From Myxococcota bacterium (GTDB lineage: Bacteria; Myxococcota_A; UBA9160; SZUA-336), in NCBI GenBank assembly GCA_965247115.1, contig CBDFGR010000002.1, forward strand, positions 928,001 to 992,000: 64,000 bases of DNA, read 5' to 3'. Shown piece by piece: positions 1 to 9,262 of this stretch. Positions within the stretch are counted from its first letter, which is position 1, and every line of letters starts with the position of its first letter. A program made the position numbers and the translations under genes. Under the pieces are notes generated by a model. The model was not told where the DNA came from and did not search any database. It was given only the letters and a program-made list of their open reading frames with translations.

Positions 1-545
1 GGGGTCTTGAACGCCACGGCTGCGGCCGACATCAAGCGCGAGAGGCGCTCCTGTCCGACGGGTTGGAGGACCAGCATGCCCCAGTCGCTGTCCGTGACGT
101 GCGCGATCCCGTCGGGGCGCAGCACGCGCTGGAACTCCTGCACGGTGACAGCGGGATCGTCCACATACTCGAGCACGTTCTTGCAGACCACGCGGTCCAC
201 GGAGTCGTCATCGAGCGGCATCCGGCCCTGCTCGACGCGCTGCGCGCTCACCTGCTCGCCCACTCCCTCGGCATCCGCCCGGGCGCGAGTCCGCGTCAGG
301 AACTCGGAGTTGATGTCGAGCGCGTGGACGCGCCCGCCTCGGCCCACGCGCCTGGCCAGCTCGACAGAGAGATGGCCCGGGCCGCAGCCATAGTCGACGA
401 CGGAGAGGCCCTCCGCGATCTGCGCTGGCGCGAGCAGGGGTTCCAGCTCCTTGCGCCACACGAACATCCGCTCGTATGCCTCCAACCGCTCGGGCTCCAC
501 GTAGAGCCAGTGGTCGCGGTAGTAGGTCTCGGTTCTCGTAGCCAC
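1..545 (-). CDS. Class I SAM-dependent methyltransferase (partial, runs off window start)
   Basis: Not in ORF track. Hand translation from GTG at 545 (GAGGAG RBS upstream) gives MATRTETYYRDHW...VVDYGCGPGH...VHALDIN...VDRVVCKNVLEYVDDP...RVLRPDG, i.e. SAM motif I and post-II motifs. Confidence 0.85.
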   Translation of the reverse strand, partial: MATRTETYYRDHWLYVEPERLEAYERMFVWRKELEPLLAPAQIAEGLSVVDYGCGPGHLSVELARRVGRGGRVHALDINSEFLTRTRARADAEGVGEQVSAQRVEQGRMPLDDDSVDRVVCKNVLEYVDDPAVTVQEFQRVLRPDGIAHVTDSDWGMLVLQPVGQERLSRLMSAAAVAFKT

Positions 546-678
546 GCGTAGCACTCCTCAGGACATCATAAGCGGACGGCCGGCCTGGATGGCAAGCGCG
601 CGAGTTGCGCATCGCTGAGCGCTAAAGACCGCGGCGGGAACGGTCGAAGCAACCCCGGAGGAGCGCGCAGGAGCTGCA

Positions 679-1005
679 ATGTCGCCGTCTCGCCTCCACT
701 ATCGTAGACCTCCGGGCCGCAAGGGTATTGAGCTCCGGGTCGAGCTCGGAGGCCGCAGCGAGCGCTTCCTCGTGATCGACCTCTCCGGAACCGGCATGCG
801 CGTACGAGGCGAGCGACTCCTCCCGCTCGGCGAGCGGCTGCCCTTACTGCTCCGCATCCAGGACGCGGAGATTCGCGCAACTGGCGAGCTCGTGTGGTGC
901 GACGAACGGGACGTGCTGTACAACGACTACACGATGGGGATTCAGTTCTACGTACACGACGGGTACGGGCGCACCACGCTCGAGCGCTACCTCGCTACGT
1001 TCTGA
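679..1005 (+). CDS. PilZ domain protein
   Basis: RxxxR (RRPPGR) followed by DLSGTG motif and C-terminal GIQF, typical of PilZ; 108 aa. Confidence 0.75.
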   Translation: MSPSRLHYRRPPGRKGIELRVELGGRSERFLVIDLSGTGMRVRGERLLPLGERLPLLLRIQDAEIRATGELVWCDERDVLYNDYTMGIQFYVHDGYGRTTLERYLATF

Positions 1006-1126
1006 GGATCGCGAAGCGCCTCCCATCATCCCCCTGGCTAGATTTTTGACTCAATCCGCTGCTCGAGCCTGAAGGCCACCCGGGTCTGGTCTACTCTCGT
1101 GCCGTTCAAAAACGGAGGGACGCGGG

Positions 1127-2428
1127 ATGAGTCAGGTCATGGGTCGGGCGAGCGCGTTCGTAGGCTCGGCTGTGCTCCTGTGGATGCTGAGCGCGCCAGT
1201 CGCGGCCGAGGACACGGGAACGATCGAGGAGATCGTGGCGATCCTACGCGACGAGGGTCTGATCGACGAGGCGACACAGCAGAAGCTGCTGGTCAAGCAC
1301 GCGAGCGAGCAGAAGAAGAAAACCAGCGGTGTGCTGGGGGGTCTCGAGTGGAACGCCGACCTGCGGATGCGCCACGAGGCGTTCTGGTACGACGGCGACG
1401 CGACCGGCACGCCGGAGCCGGACAACCGCTACCGCTTCCGCTACCGCGCGCGGATTGGCTTCCAGAAGCAGCTCGGAGACCGGATCCGAGTGGGCATGCG
1501 CCTTGCCTCGGGCGTGGGCTCGAACCGCGGTACGAACACGAGCTTCGGCGAGCAGCCTGACTTTCGGCCGGACGATATCTTCATCGACCGGGCCTGGGTC
1601 GAGCTGCGGCTCGGGGATGGTCCCGTCAACACCCGCCTGGTGCTCGGAAAGGTGGCCAACCCGTTCCTCTGGAGGGTCGGCCTCGATCGCCTGATGTGGG
1701 ACCCGGACGTCACCCCGGAGGGCGGCTACCTCCAGGCCCGCAGGAGCTTCGGCGAACGCGCCGAGCTCTGGGCCACCCTCGGCGCGTTCATCGTGAAGGA
1801 GAACAGTGGGGCCATAGGCTCGAAGTTCGACCCGAAAGTCTTCGCGCTGCAGCTGGGCGCGAGCCACTCCATCACTGATGCGCTCGAGATCGGGGGTCGG
1901 GTCACCGGGTACGAGTGGCGCTCGCTCGACCGTCCCTTCATCAATCGCGCCAAGCTCTTCGGCAATCTCGAATCTGGCTTCGACAGCAAGGCGAGAATCG
2001 GCGAGCTCAGCGCCTACGCACGCTTCACGGCCGCGGACGCCTGGCCCGTACTGCTCCACGGCAGCCTCGAGCGCAACTTCACGGCGGACTCGGCGCTGAT
2101 CGGCGGCGTGCCAACGGACGCAGAGGACATCGCCTGGGGAGCGGGGTTCGAGATCGGAGACGCCACAAAGAACGCCAAGCTCGGCTTCACGCTCTTTCGC
2201 GTGGAGGCGAACGCGATCGTCGCCAACCTCGCGGACAGCGACCTGCTCGACGGCCAGACCAACCGCGAGGGCTTCGTCGCGTATGCCTCGCGGAAGCTCG
2301 GCCCGCATGTGGAGCTGCGACTGACGTTCTACGAAGCCGAGGAGATCCGGAGCTCGAGTCCCTTCGTGGGATCGCTGCCCGGTGGGGACCGTCGGCGCCT
2401 GCAGTCGGATCTGCTCGTGAACTTCTGA
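1127..2428 (+). CDS. Putative outer-membrane porin
   Basis: Signal peptide, 'ILRDEGLID' N-terminal motif, DLRMRHE and RYRFRYRARIG strands, alternating beta-strand pattern, C-terminal Phe; GGAGG RBS. Confidence 0.8.
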   Translation: MSQVMGRASAFVGSAVLLWMLSAPVAAEDTGTIEEIVAILRDEGLIDEATQQKLLVKHASEQKKKTSGVLGGLEWNADLRMRHEAFWYDGDATGTPEPDNRYRFRYRARIGFQKQLGDRIRVGMRLASGVGSNRGTNTSFGEQPDFRPDDIFIDRAWVELRLGDGPVNTRLVLGKVANPFLWRVGLDRLMWDPDVTPEGGYLQARRSFGERAELWATLGAFIVKENSGAIGSKFDPKVFALQLGASHSITDALEIGGRVTGYEWRSLDRPFINRAKLFGNLESGFDSKARIGELSAYARFTAADAWPVLLHGSLERNFTADSALIGGVPTDAEDIAWGAGFEIGDATKNAKLGFTLFRVEANAIVANLADSDLLDGQTNREGFVAYASRKLGPHVELRLTFYEAEEIRSSSPFVGSLPGGDRRRLQSDLLVNF

Positions 2429-2448
2429 GCAGCCACCGTCAGACGAGC

Positions 2449-3093
2449 TCAGGCGGCGCGCCGATAGACGACCACGTTCCAGACGCCGGAACGCTGCCGC
2501 GAGGCGCACGAGAGTCCGTTCCGCCTCACGACCGCGTCGACGTCTTCGCTCTTGTGGAGGAAGACCCGGAAGGGATTGCGTCGCAGCCGAAAGATCGCGT
2601 TGATGAGCGGGCGCGCCAGCTTCAAGTACCAGGTGCGACGGGGAAAGACGAGCCCGTACGAGAAGCGCGCGCGCGCCGAGGACAGACCCACCAGGGCATC
2701 CATGTCGGGGTAGCAGCAAATCACGCGATCGAGGGTGACGACGTCTGCCGCGTCGAGCTCCGCCGCGAGCTCGACGAAGTCTCCGTGATGGTAGCGCGCA
2801 CGCTCGGCATAGCCTCTGCGCATCGCCTCCTGCTCGACCACTTCCAGGTAGGCGGTGGACGCGTCCACATCGGTGACTCGCGTCACGCCCGCTTCCACGA
2901 GCCCGTGCTGGATCGCCCCGACTCCGCCGCCCATGTCGAGGAGCGACTTCCCGTCGACACCCGCGGTCTCGAGCCCGGCGAGCAGCACCCGCGTGGCCCT
3001 CGTAGGGCCCTTGCGTTGGTACGAGCGCAGCTCCCGGGCTGCCGCTCTCTTACCGAAGAGCGACTCGATCCCCTGACACTGGCAGCACTTCAC
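2449..3093 (-). CDS. Class I SAM-dependent methyltransferase
   Basis: LLDMGGGVG motif I, 'GDFV', 'VTLDRVICCYPD'. Confidence 0.85.
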   Translation of the reverse strand: MKCCQCQGIESLFGKRAAARELRSYQRKGPTRATRVLLAGLETAGVDGKSLLDMGGGVGAIQHGLVEAGVTRVTDVDASTAYLEVVEQEAMRRGYAERARYHHGDFVELAAELDAADVVTLDRVICCYPDMDALVGLSSARARFSYGLVFPRRTWYLKLARPLINAIFRLRRNPFRVFLHKSEDVDAVVRRNGLSCASRQRSGVWNVVVYRRAA

Positions 3094-3153
3094 GCGGTCC
3101 GATTATAGAAGGCGGGCCGGCGTGGCGGTACCTTCGCGCCACGATCCGCAAGG

Positions 3154-3258
3154 GGTACAATCGGAGAGCAGAAGAAGATTGACGTGGTGACGATGGCGCG
3201 CTTCGCGGATCCGGAAAGCAACGTGATCGGGCTCGTCAAGGCGGAGCAGGGGCTTTGA
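3154..3258 (+). pseudogene. C-terminal remnant of a VOC/glyoxalase-family gene
   Basis: Frame reads GTIGEQKKIDVVTMARFADPESNVIGLVKAEQGL*, resembling the VOC C-terminal 'F.DPEGN.IGL' motif; no N-terminal half visible. Confidence 0.5.
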
Positions 3259-3746
3259 GGAGACTGAGCATTCTCTGCGCCTTGCTCACGCTGGTCGTCC
3301 CAGCAGCCTCTTCACGCGCACACAGCGTAAAGGAGCTCGTGCAAGCGACCCGTGCGCCACGAGAGACCCTGGCACAGCGGCTCGTGCGCCAGCTGGAGAG
3401 GATCGAGGTGGAGCGCGCCCTTCTGGCTCCGAGCCGCGAGCAGCGAGTCCGCGAGGCGGAGCTGAGCCTGCGGGGCACGGGCCAGGACCTCGAACGCTAT
3501 CGACGACGCGCCCTTGCCGAAGACGCAAGGGAGGCGCTCGTCGAGGATCTGGAGCTGTCATGGCTGACCGGCGCCGCGCCTCGCGGCAAGACGGCGCGGA
3601 TCCTGCGCCGCGTCGAGCTCAGGCGAAGCATCGATCGGGTCCTGCAACGCGTTGCCCTCGAGCGCCGCGTCCAGGCGCTCGAGCGCGGCCGACCGAGGGG
3701 GTTCAGGCCATACTCGCCGAAGCCGGCGCTCCGCCTGGGACGCTAA
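3255..3746 (+). CDS. Hypothetical secreted, Arg/Glu-rich helical protein
   Basis: Signal-peptide-like N-terminus (MRRLSILCALLTLVVPAASSRA); TTG start with GGAG upstream; fills the gap between genes. Confidence 0.55.
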   Translation: MRRLSILCALLTLVVPAASSRAHSVKELVQATRAPRETLAQRLVRQLERIEVERALLAPSREQRVREAELSLRGTGQDLERYRRRALAEDAREALVEDLELSWLTGAAPRGKTARILRRVELRRSIDRVLQRVALERRVQALERGRPRGFRPYSPKPALRLGR

Positions 3747-3756
3747 GGCGAACGCG

Positions 3757-4941
3757 TCAGCGCGGGGTCTCAGTCGCAGCCCGGTCTTCCGCACCCGTGC
3801 CCCTGCCCACCCGATCGAGTGCGAGTGTGAGCGGGAGGATGACCAGGATCGCTGTAGCGCAGCACACGACCAGGAACCAGGCAAGGGGCGGAAAAGATCC
3901 CCACGCGACGAGCACCCCCCCTATCCCGGGGCCTAGCCCGTAGCCGAGGAGGACGACGCCCCCGGTGGCCGCGGCAACACGCCCTTGTGTATCGATCGCG
4001 GCGGCCGTTCCCAGCAGGAACGGCAGGACGAACAGGTAAGCGGTGTTGTAGAGAAGCTCTGCCCCGACGTAGGCAATCGGGCCTGTCGCGTGGCCAAGGA
4101 TGACTCCGGCCACGCAGATCATGGACATTCCCAGCGTGAGCGGCAGCGTGCGTCCGAAGCGGGTACCGGCCCAGGCCGCGAGGGCCGCACCGGAGATACC
4201 GGCGACCGTCGTGGCGGCGAGCACGCGGCCGATCGCGTCGATGCCGAGCCCAACATGACTTCCGATGCGCTCCACGAAGGTCCAGATCGCCCCCTCGCCC
4301 ACCGAGAGCACCAACGCCGAGAGCAGTACCGCGAGCGCGGGACCGCGCGGCACGCTGCCACCGAGGATCTCGCTGGGCATCCCGGCGGGTACGGAGCGCG
4401 GCAGCAGGACCAACAATGGTACGCAGAGCAGCGCGGCTCCACCCAGCGCTGCGAAGGCGCCGCGCTGCGACCAGAGCTCGATGGCGTAGGGCAGCCCGAC
4501 GAAGAGGCCAGCTGCGGCAAGAGCGCCGAGCACGGTCACTCGGGCGTAGAGGCGATCCGGATCAACGGAGGAGGCGATCACGGCGTTCGCCGTGGCGAAG
4601 ACGCAGCCCTCGCCGAGTCCGGCAACGACCCTCAGCATCACCAGCCAGGCGAAGCTCTCGGGGAGCGCGGAGAGCAGTTGTGCGCCCGCCAGGACGGCGA
4701 CCGAGACGAGAGCGACGCCGCGCCGAGAGATGCTGCCCACCCGGGGTGCCAGCAAGAGCGACGCCAGCGCCATGGCACCGATCTCGACCGAGCCGAGGAG
4801 GCCCGCCTGCCTCGTGTCGAAGCCGATTCCATCGATCACGGCTCCCACAAGGAGTGGAAGCGAGTTCGAGCCGAGCAAGCCTACCCACGACGCCGCTGCG
4901 GCGGCCCAGAGGAGGGTTCGGGGATCTCGGGTCTTGGACAT
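3757..4941 (-). CDS. MFS transporter
   Basis: About 12 hydrophobic segments, 'LRVVAGLGEG' motif; start trimmed to MSKTRDP from the longer ORF 3757..5253. Confidence 0.85.
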   Translation of the reverse strand: MSKTRDPRTLLWAAAAASWVGLLGSNSLPLLVGAVIDGIGFDTRQAGLLGSVEIGAMALASLLLAPRVGSISRRGVALVSVAVLAGAQLLSALPESFAWLVMLRVVAGLGEGCVFATANAVIASSVDPDRLYARVTVLGALAAAGLFVGLPYAIELWSQRGAFAALGGAALLCVPLLVLLPRSVPAGMPSEILGGSVPRGPALAVLLSALVLSVGEGAIWTFVERIGSHVGLGIDAIGRVLAATTVAGISGAALAAWAGTRFGRTLPLTLGMSMICVAGVILGHATGPIAYVGAELLYNTAYLFVLPFLLGTAAAIDTQGRVAAATGGVVLLGYGLGPGIGGVLVAWGSFPPLAWFLVVCCATAILVILPLTLALDRVGRGTGAEDRAATETPR

Positions 4942-5080
4942 CTGCATGGGCGCACGTTCGAGCACGTGTTCGCAACCGGCGAAGCGGATCGCCTCGCGAT
5001 CGATCAGCGACCGTCGAACAGGAGAGCCGATGCATCCATGGTAGGTTCCTCCTGCAAACGAACCCGTCGAGGCTGAGTGT

Positions 5081-7570
5081 ATGGGTGCCGCGCGCGGAGC
5101 GTCAATTTCCCGGAACCATGCGGACGTCCTCTCCGGGCTGCGCGTGCTGGATCTGTGCACACCACGAGCGGAGCTGGCTGGGCGCGTGCTGGCGGACCTC
5201 GGTGCAGAGGTGCTCAAGATCGAGCCGCCAGAGGGATCTCCTTCGCGGCGCATACCACCTTTTGAAGGCGATCGCGCCGACGACGTCGAGGCATCGCTCT
5301 ACTGGATCGCCGTGGCACTGGGGAAGCGCAGTGCGATCGTGGATTTCACGGTGGGCGAGGAGAGGAGCCATCTCGTCGAGCTGGCAGCGTGTGCGGACGT
5401 CGTTCTCGAGTCTTTCGATCCGGGAACCATGGATGCGCTCGGCCTCGGCTGGGAGGCCTTGCAGACGCGGAACCCGCGTCTGATCTACGCCTCGGTCACG
5501 CCCTACGGTCAGGACGGCCCAAAGGCGCACTGGCCAGCCTCAGAGCTCGTGATCGAGGCCGCGGGCGGGCGCATCGCCCTCCAGGGGGATCGCGATCGCA
5601 CCCCGCTACCCATCGGGTTTCCGCAGGCTGCCTTTCATGCGGGTGTGCAGGTCGCAGCCGACGTGGTCATCGCGCTGAACGAGCGCGAGCACTCCGGCAA
5701 GGGCCAGCGACTCGACACGTCCATGCAGGAGGTGATGATCTGGACGTTGATGGGTCCGGGCTGGTATCCCGCCGCGCTCGGTGTGAATCCTCCCGGCGCC
5801 GGCGAGGATCGTCGGAACGTGGAGCTCCCCCGGGCGCAGCGCCTCTTTCCCAGACTGTGCGAGTGCGCGGACGGGTACATCGTGGCGCTCTTGGGGCCGA
5901 GTTTGCCCGGAATCCGCGGAGTCATCCCCGAGCTGTTCACGAGACTCGCGGACCAGGGCGAGCTCGATCCGCGGCTCCGCAACATCGATTGGGCCAACTG
6001 GGCCGCGGCGTTCCACGCGGACGAGATCAGCGACGAGGAGGCGGGACTCGCGCTCGCGCAGGCACGGCGCTGGATCCGCACCAGGACCAAGCGCGAGCTC
6101 CTGCAGTGGAGCGTGGAGAGGGATCTGCTGCTTGCGCCCGTGCACACGACGCGAGACCTGCTGGACGAGCCGCAGCTCGTGGCGCGCGAGTTCTTCCAGG
6201 AGGTCGCGGGCCGCGTGCACCCCGCCGCGCCGGTCCGGCTATCCCGCACCCCGATCCGACTGGACCGAGCTGCGCCGCAGCTCGGCGCAGATCAGAAGAC
6301 CGTCGACCTCTGGCTCGGGCGCCCCCCAGCAGGCAGCAGGGCGGAGCCGCTCGAGCAGCGAGCGGGCGAGGCCTTTGCGGGGCTGCGCGTCGCCGATCTG
6401 AGCTGGGTCGTGGCGGGACCCACCATCGGCAAGGCGCTCGCCGACCACGGCGCGACCGTCGTTCGCGTGGAGTCCTCGGAGCGGGTGGACCTGGCCCGAC
6501 GACTGCCTCCGTTCAAAGATGGTGAGCCGGGGAAGAATCGCAGCTTCTGGGCGGACACCTACAACACGTCCAAGCTGAGCGCGGCGGTGAATCTCGGTGT
6601 CGCGCCCGGACGCGAGCTCGCCCGGCGCATCATCGATTGGGCCGACGTGGTCATCGAGTCCTTCTCGCCAGGTACGATGCAGAAGCACGGACTCGACTAT
6701 GAGGCCCTGACCCGGGAGCGAGACGACCTGATCATGCTCAGCACCTGCCTGCTGGGCCAGACCGGACCGCGGGCGACCTATGCCGGGTACGGTGGGCAAG
6801 GAGCCGCCTTCGCCGGTCTGCACTCCGTTACCGGCTGGGCGGATCGCGCTCCGTGCGGCCCGTTCGGTCCCTACACCGACGTGATCGCGCCAAAGTACGG
6901 CATCGCGGCACTCGGCGCGGCCATCCTGGAGCGTCGGCGCAGCGGCCTGGGGCAACACATCGATCTGTCCCAGGTCGAGGCATCGATCCACTTCATCGAG
7001 CCGCTCCTGCTGGACGAGACCACGAACGGCCGAACCGCCACGGCCGCCGCGATGGACTCGGCCAGGGCATGCCCGCACGGCATCTACCCCACGCTGGAGA
7101 CGGAAAGGTACGTCGCGATCGCCGTGGAGACCCGCCGGCAGTGGCGTGCGCTCCGCGAGCTGGCGCCCCTCGACGCGTTCTCGGCGGAGCATTACGACAA
7201 GCTGGCAGCCCGGCTCAGCGCGCGGGACGAGATCGACCGGGCTCTGCTCCATTGGTGTGAGGGCCAGCCGCATCGCGGACTCGAGTCCCTGCTGGTCGAG
7301 GCGGGCGTACCGGCCTCCGTCGTTCAGCGGCCGCTGGACCTGCACGAGGATGCGCAGCTCGCGCACCGCGGCTTCCACGTGACCCTCGACCACGCCGAGC
7401 TGGGACCGATGCTGCTCGACGCGTTCCCGACGCGGTTCTCCGCCAAGCCAAGGATGCTGCACACAGCCGCGCCCTGTCTCGGACAGCACACGGACTACGT
7501 TCTGCGCGAGCTTCTCGGCCTGACGCCTGTGGAGATCCAGCGGTACGCGGACGCCAGGGCCTTGGACTGA
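5081..7570 (+). CDS. Class III CoA-transferase (CaiB/BaiF family), two fused domains
   Basis: Two repeats of the L.GLRVLDL / LADLGAEVLKIEPP-type N-terminal motif and APxLG C-terminal motif; 829 aa. Confidence 0.9.
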   Translation: MGAARGASISRNHADVLSGLRVLDLCTPRAELAGRVLADLGAEVLKIEPPEGSPSRRIPPFEGDRADDVEASLYWIAVALGKRSAIVDFTVGEERSHLVELAACADVVLESFDPGTMDALGLGWEALQTRNPRLIYASVTPYGQDGPKAHWPASELVIEAAGGRIALQGDRDRTPLPIGFPQAAFHAGVQVAADVVIALNEREHSGKGQRLDTSMQEVMIWTLMGPGWYPAALGVNPPGAGEDRRNVELPRAQRLFPRLCECADGYIVALLGPSLPGIRGVIPELFTRLADQGELDPRLRNIDWANWAAAFHADEISDEEAGLALAQARRWIRTRTKRELLQWSVERDLLLAPVHTTRDLLDEPQLVAREFFQEVAGRVHPAAPVRLSRTPIRLDRAAPQLGADQKTVDLWLGRPPAGSRAEPLEQRAGEAFAGLRVADLSWVVAGPTIGKALADHGATVVRVESSERVDLARRLPPFKDGEPGKNRSFWADTYNTSKLSAAVNLGVAPGRELARRIIDWADVVIESFSPGTMQKHGLDYEALTRERDDLIMLSTCLLGQTGPRATYAGYGGQGAAFAGLHSVTGWADRAPCGPFGPYTDVIAPKYGIAALGAAILERRRSGLGQHIDLSQVEASIHFIEPLLLDETTNGRTATAAAMDSARACPHGIYPTLETERYVAIAVETRRQWRALRELAPLDAFSAEHYDKLAARLSARDEIDRALLHWCEGQPHRGLESLLVEAGVPASVVQRPLDLHEDAQLAHRGFHVTLDHAELGPMLLDAFPTRFSAKPRMLHTAAPCLGQHTDYVLRELLGLTPVEIQRYADARALD

Positions 7571-7660
7571 GCGAGACTCTCAAGCGAGCTCGCGTCGGGC
7601 AGTACGTCCTCCCGGATGCCGGTACCGATCGTTGTCGGGGTTCTCCTATGCTCGAGGCCG

Positions 7661-8476
7661 CTACGAAAGGTCGGGCTTGTCCTTTGCGACCGAGAGGTTC
7701 CAGCTGGGAGTCCGCTTCTCCAGGAAGGAGACGACGCCCTCACGCGCGTCCGCCTGGTCTCCGGCCCACGCCAAGAGGGGTCCTTCGCGTTTCCCCATCT
7801 CTTCGACCGACGCGTTGATGCCTTCCCACAGGAGCCTCTTGCTGATCGCGACAGAGACGGGGGCCGTGTTGAGCGCGATGTCGCGGGCACGCTTCAGAGC
7901 CATGGGCAGCACGTCTTCCGCCGGAAGCGCCTTGGTGGCGAGGCCGAGCTCGGCCGCCTCGGAGCCGAGGATCATGCGACCCGACAGGAGCAGGTCGGCC
8001 GCGTTCGACAGGCCCGCAACCCGGGCCACGATCGCGTGTGATGATAGCTCCGCGATGATGCCACGCCGGACGAACGCGAACTGGATCTTGGCCTTCTCCG
8101 CCACGTAGCGAATGTCACAGGTCATGGGGTACGTGATCCCCACCCCGACCGCATGTCCGTTGATCGCGGCAATCACCGGCTTGTCGATCTGCCACGGCAA
8201 GATCAGTCGGCGCTCTCCCGCAGCTGGCTGCTCTCTGCGGCTCTCGCGTCCTCCAAACGTTTCGCCACCCCCACCGAGATCGGCTCCGGCACAGAACGCT
8301 CTCCCGGCACCGGTGACCACGACCGCGCGCACGTCGTCGTTGTCGTTGCATGCGTGGAGCGCGCCGCTGAGCTCCGCGGCCATCTGCCCGTTCCATGCGT
8401 TCATCCGCTCGGGCCGATTGAGAGTGATCGTCGCGACCTGGTCCTTCACGTCGAAGAGAATCGCCTCGTAGTCCAT
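7661..8476 (-). CDS. Enoyl-CoA hydratase/isomerase (crotonase) family protein
   Basis: ITLNRPERMNA, FCAGADL, KPVIAAINGHAVGVG motifs. Confidence 0.92.
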   Translation of the reverse strand: MDYEAILFDVKDQVATITLNRPERMNAWNGQMAAELSGALHACNDNDDVRAVVVTGAGRAFCAGADLGGGGETFGGRESRREQPAAGERRLILPWQIDKPVIAAINGHAVGVGITYPMTCDIRYVAEKAKIQFAFVRRGIIAELSSHAIVARVAGLSNAADLLLSGRMILGSEAAELGLATKALPAEDVLPMALKRARDIALNTAPVSVAISKRLLWEGINASVEEMGKREGPLLAWAGDQADAREGVVSFLEKRTPSWNLSVAKDKPDLS

Positions 8477-8503
8477 CGCTTCCTCCCCGCGGTGGGTGAG
8501 CTC

Positions 8504-9136
8504 TCAGCGCTCTCCCATCATCGCGGCCACCGTCTCCTTCACGCCCCAGTCGGCGAGCTCGGCCGCCGTGAGCCAGCGCATCCCACCGCCGGGGAGACGC
8601 GACGCACGGGCCGGACCCTGGCTGAGTGGACGTTGCGTCTCGTTGAATCCACCGCGCCACAGCACCCGCCCCGTCGGCGCGCTCCGCAGGGTGAGCTGGA
8701 AGGCAACACTCGCGGTCTGAGAAGCAGAGACCGAGCGCCCAGCCCGGTCTCTGTAGCGGGAGACGTGACCGAGCAGCAGCGCGGTCGCCTCGAATTCCTC
8801 CGCAGCCACGCGCGCGGCGACTCCTAGATCGTTGGCGGCGTCATCGCCACGGACGGTCAGCACCCGAGCGAACACGTCGGCGGCCACGACGTTGCTCCCC
8901 CTTGCCGCGAGATCCGCGGAGACCAGCTCCTGGATCGTGACTGCCGGACTCCGCGCGTCCTGGGACGCCTCGACGAGGTCTGGACCTTCCGAGAACGGCA
9001 GCATCGCAATGCGCTGGAGCAGCTCCCCCGGTGGTGCCGCGTTCTGTTGCTCGACGACGGGCTCGGCCAGCCCACAGCCCGACAGCAGAAGAGCAGCGGC
9101 TACTACGCGGGTGATGAAGGGGAGCACACAACGCAT
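8504..9136 (-). CDS. Putative lipoprotein (CsgG/DUF799-like fold)
   Basis: Lipobox LLLSGC; 'RIAMLPF' and 'TGRVLW' motifs. Confidence 0.65.
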   Translation of the reverse strand: MRCVLPFITRVVAAALLLSGCGLAEPVVEQQNAAPPGELLQRIAMLPFSEGPDLVEASQDARSPAVTIQELVSADLAARGSNVVAADVFARVLTVRGDDAANDLGVAARVAAEEFEATALLLGHVSRYRDRAGRSVSASQTASVAFQLTLRSAPTGRVLWRGGFNETQRPLSQGPARASRLPGGGMRWLTAAELADWGVKETVAAMMGER

Positions 9137-9262
9137 GTCAGCTTGCCTCCGAGCGCTTGGTCCGGAGCGTTCCTGTTGCTGCAGTCCCGTCTCGCAACGC
9201 CGACCAGGAGCGGCCGCAGAAGAGGGAAGCGCTCGCGTCCATCATACAGGAGGAACATTGCC

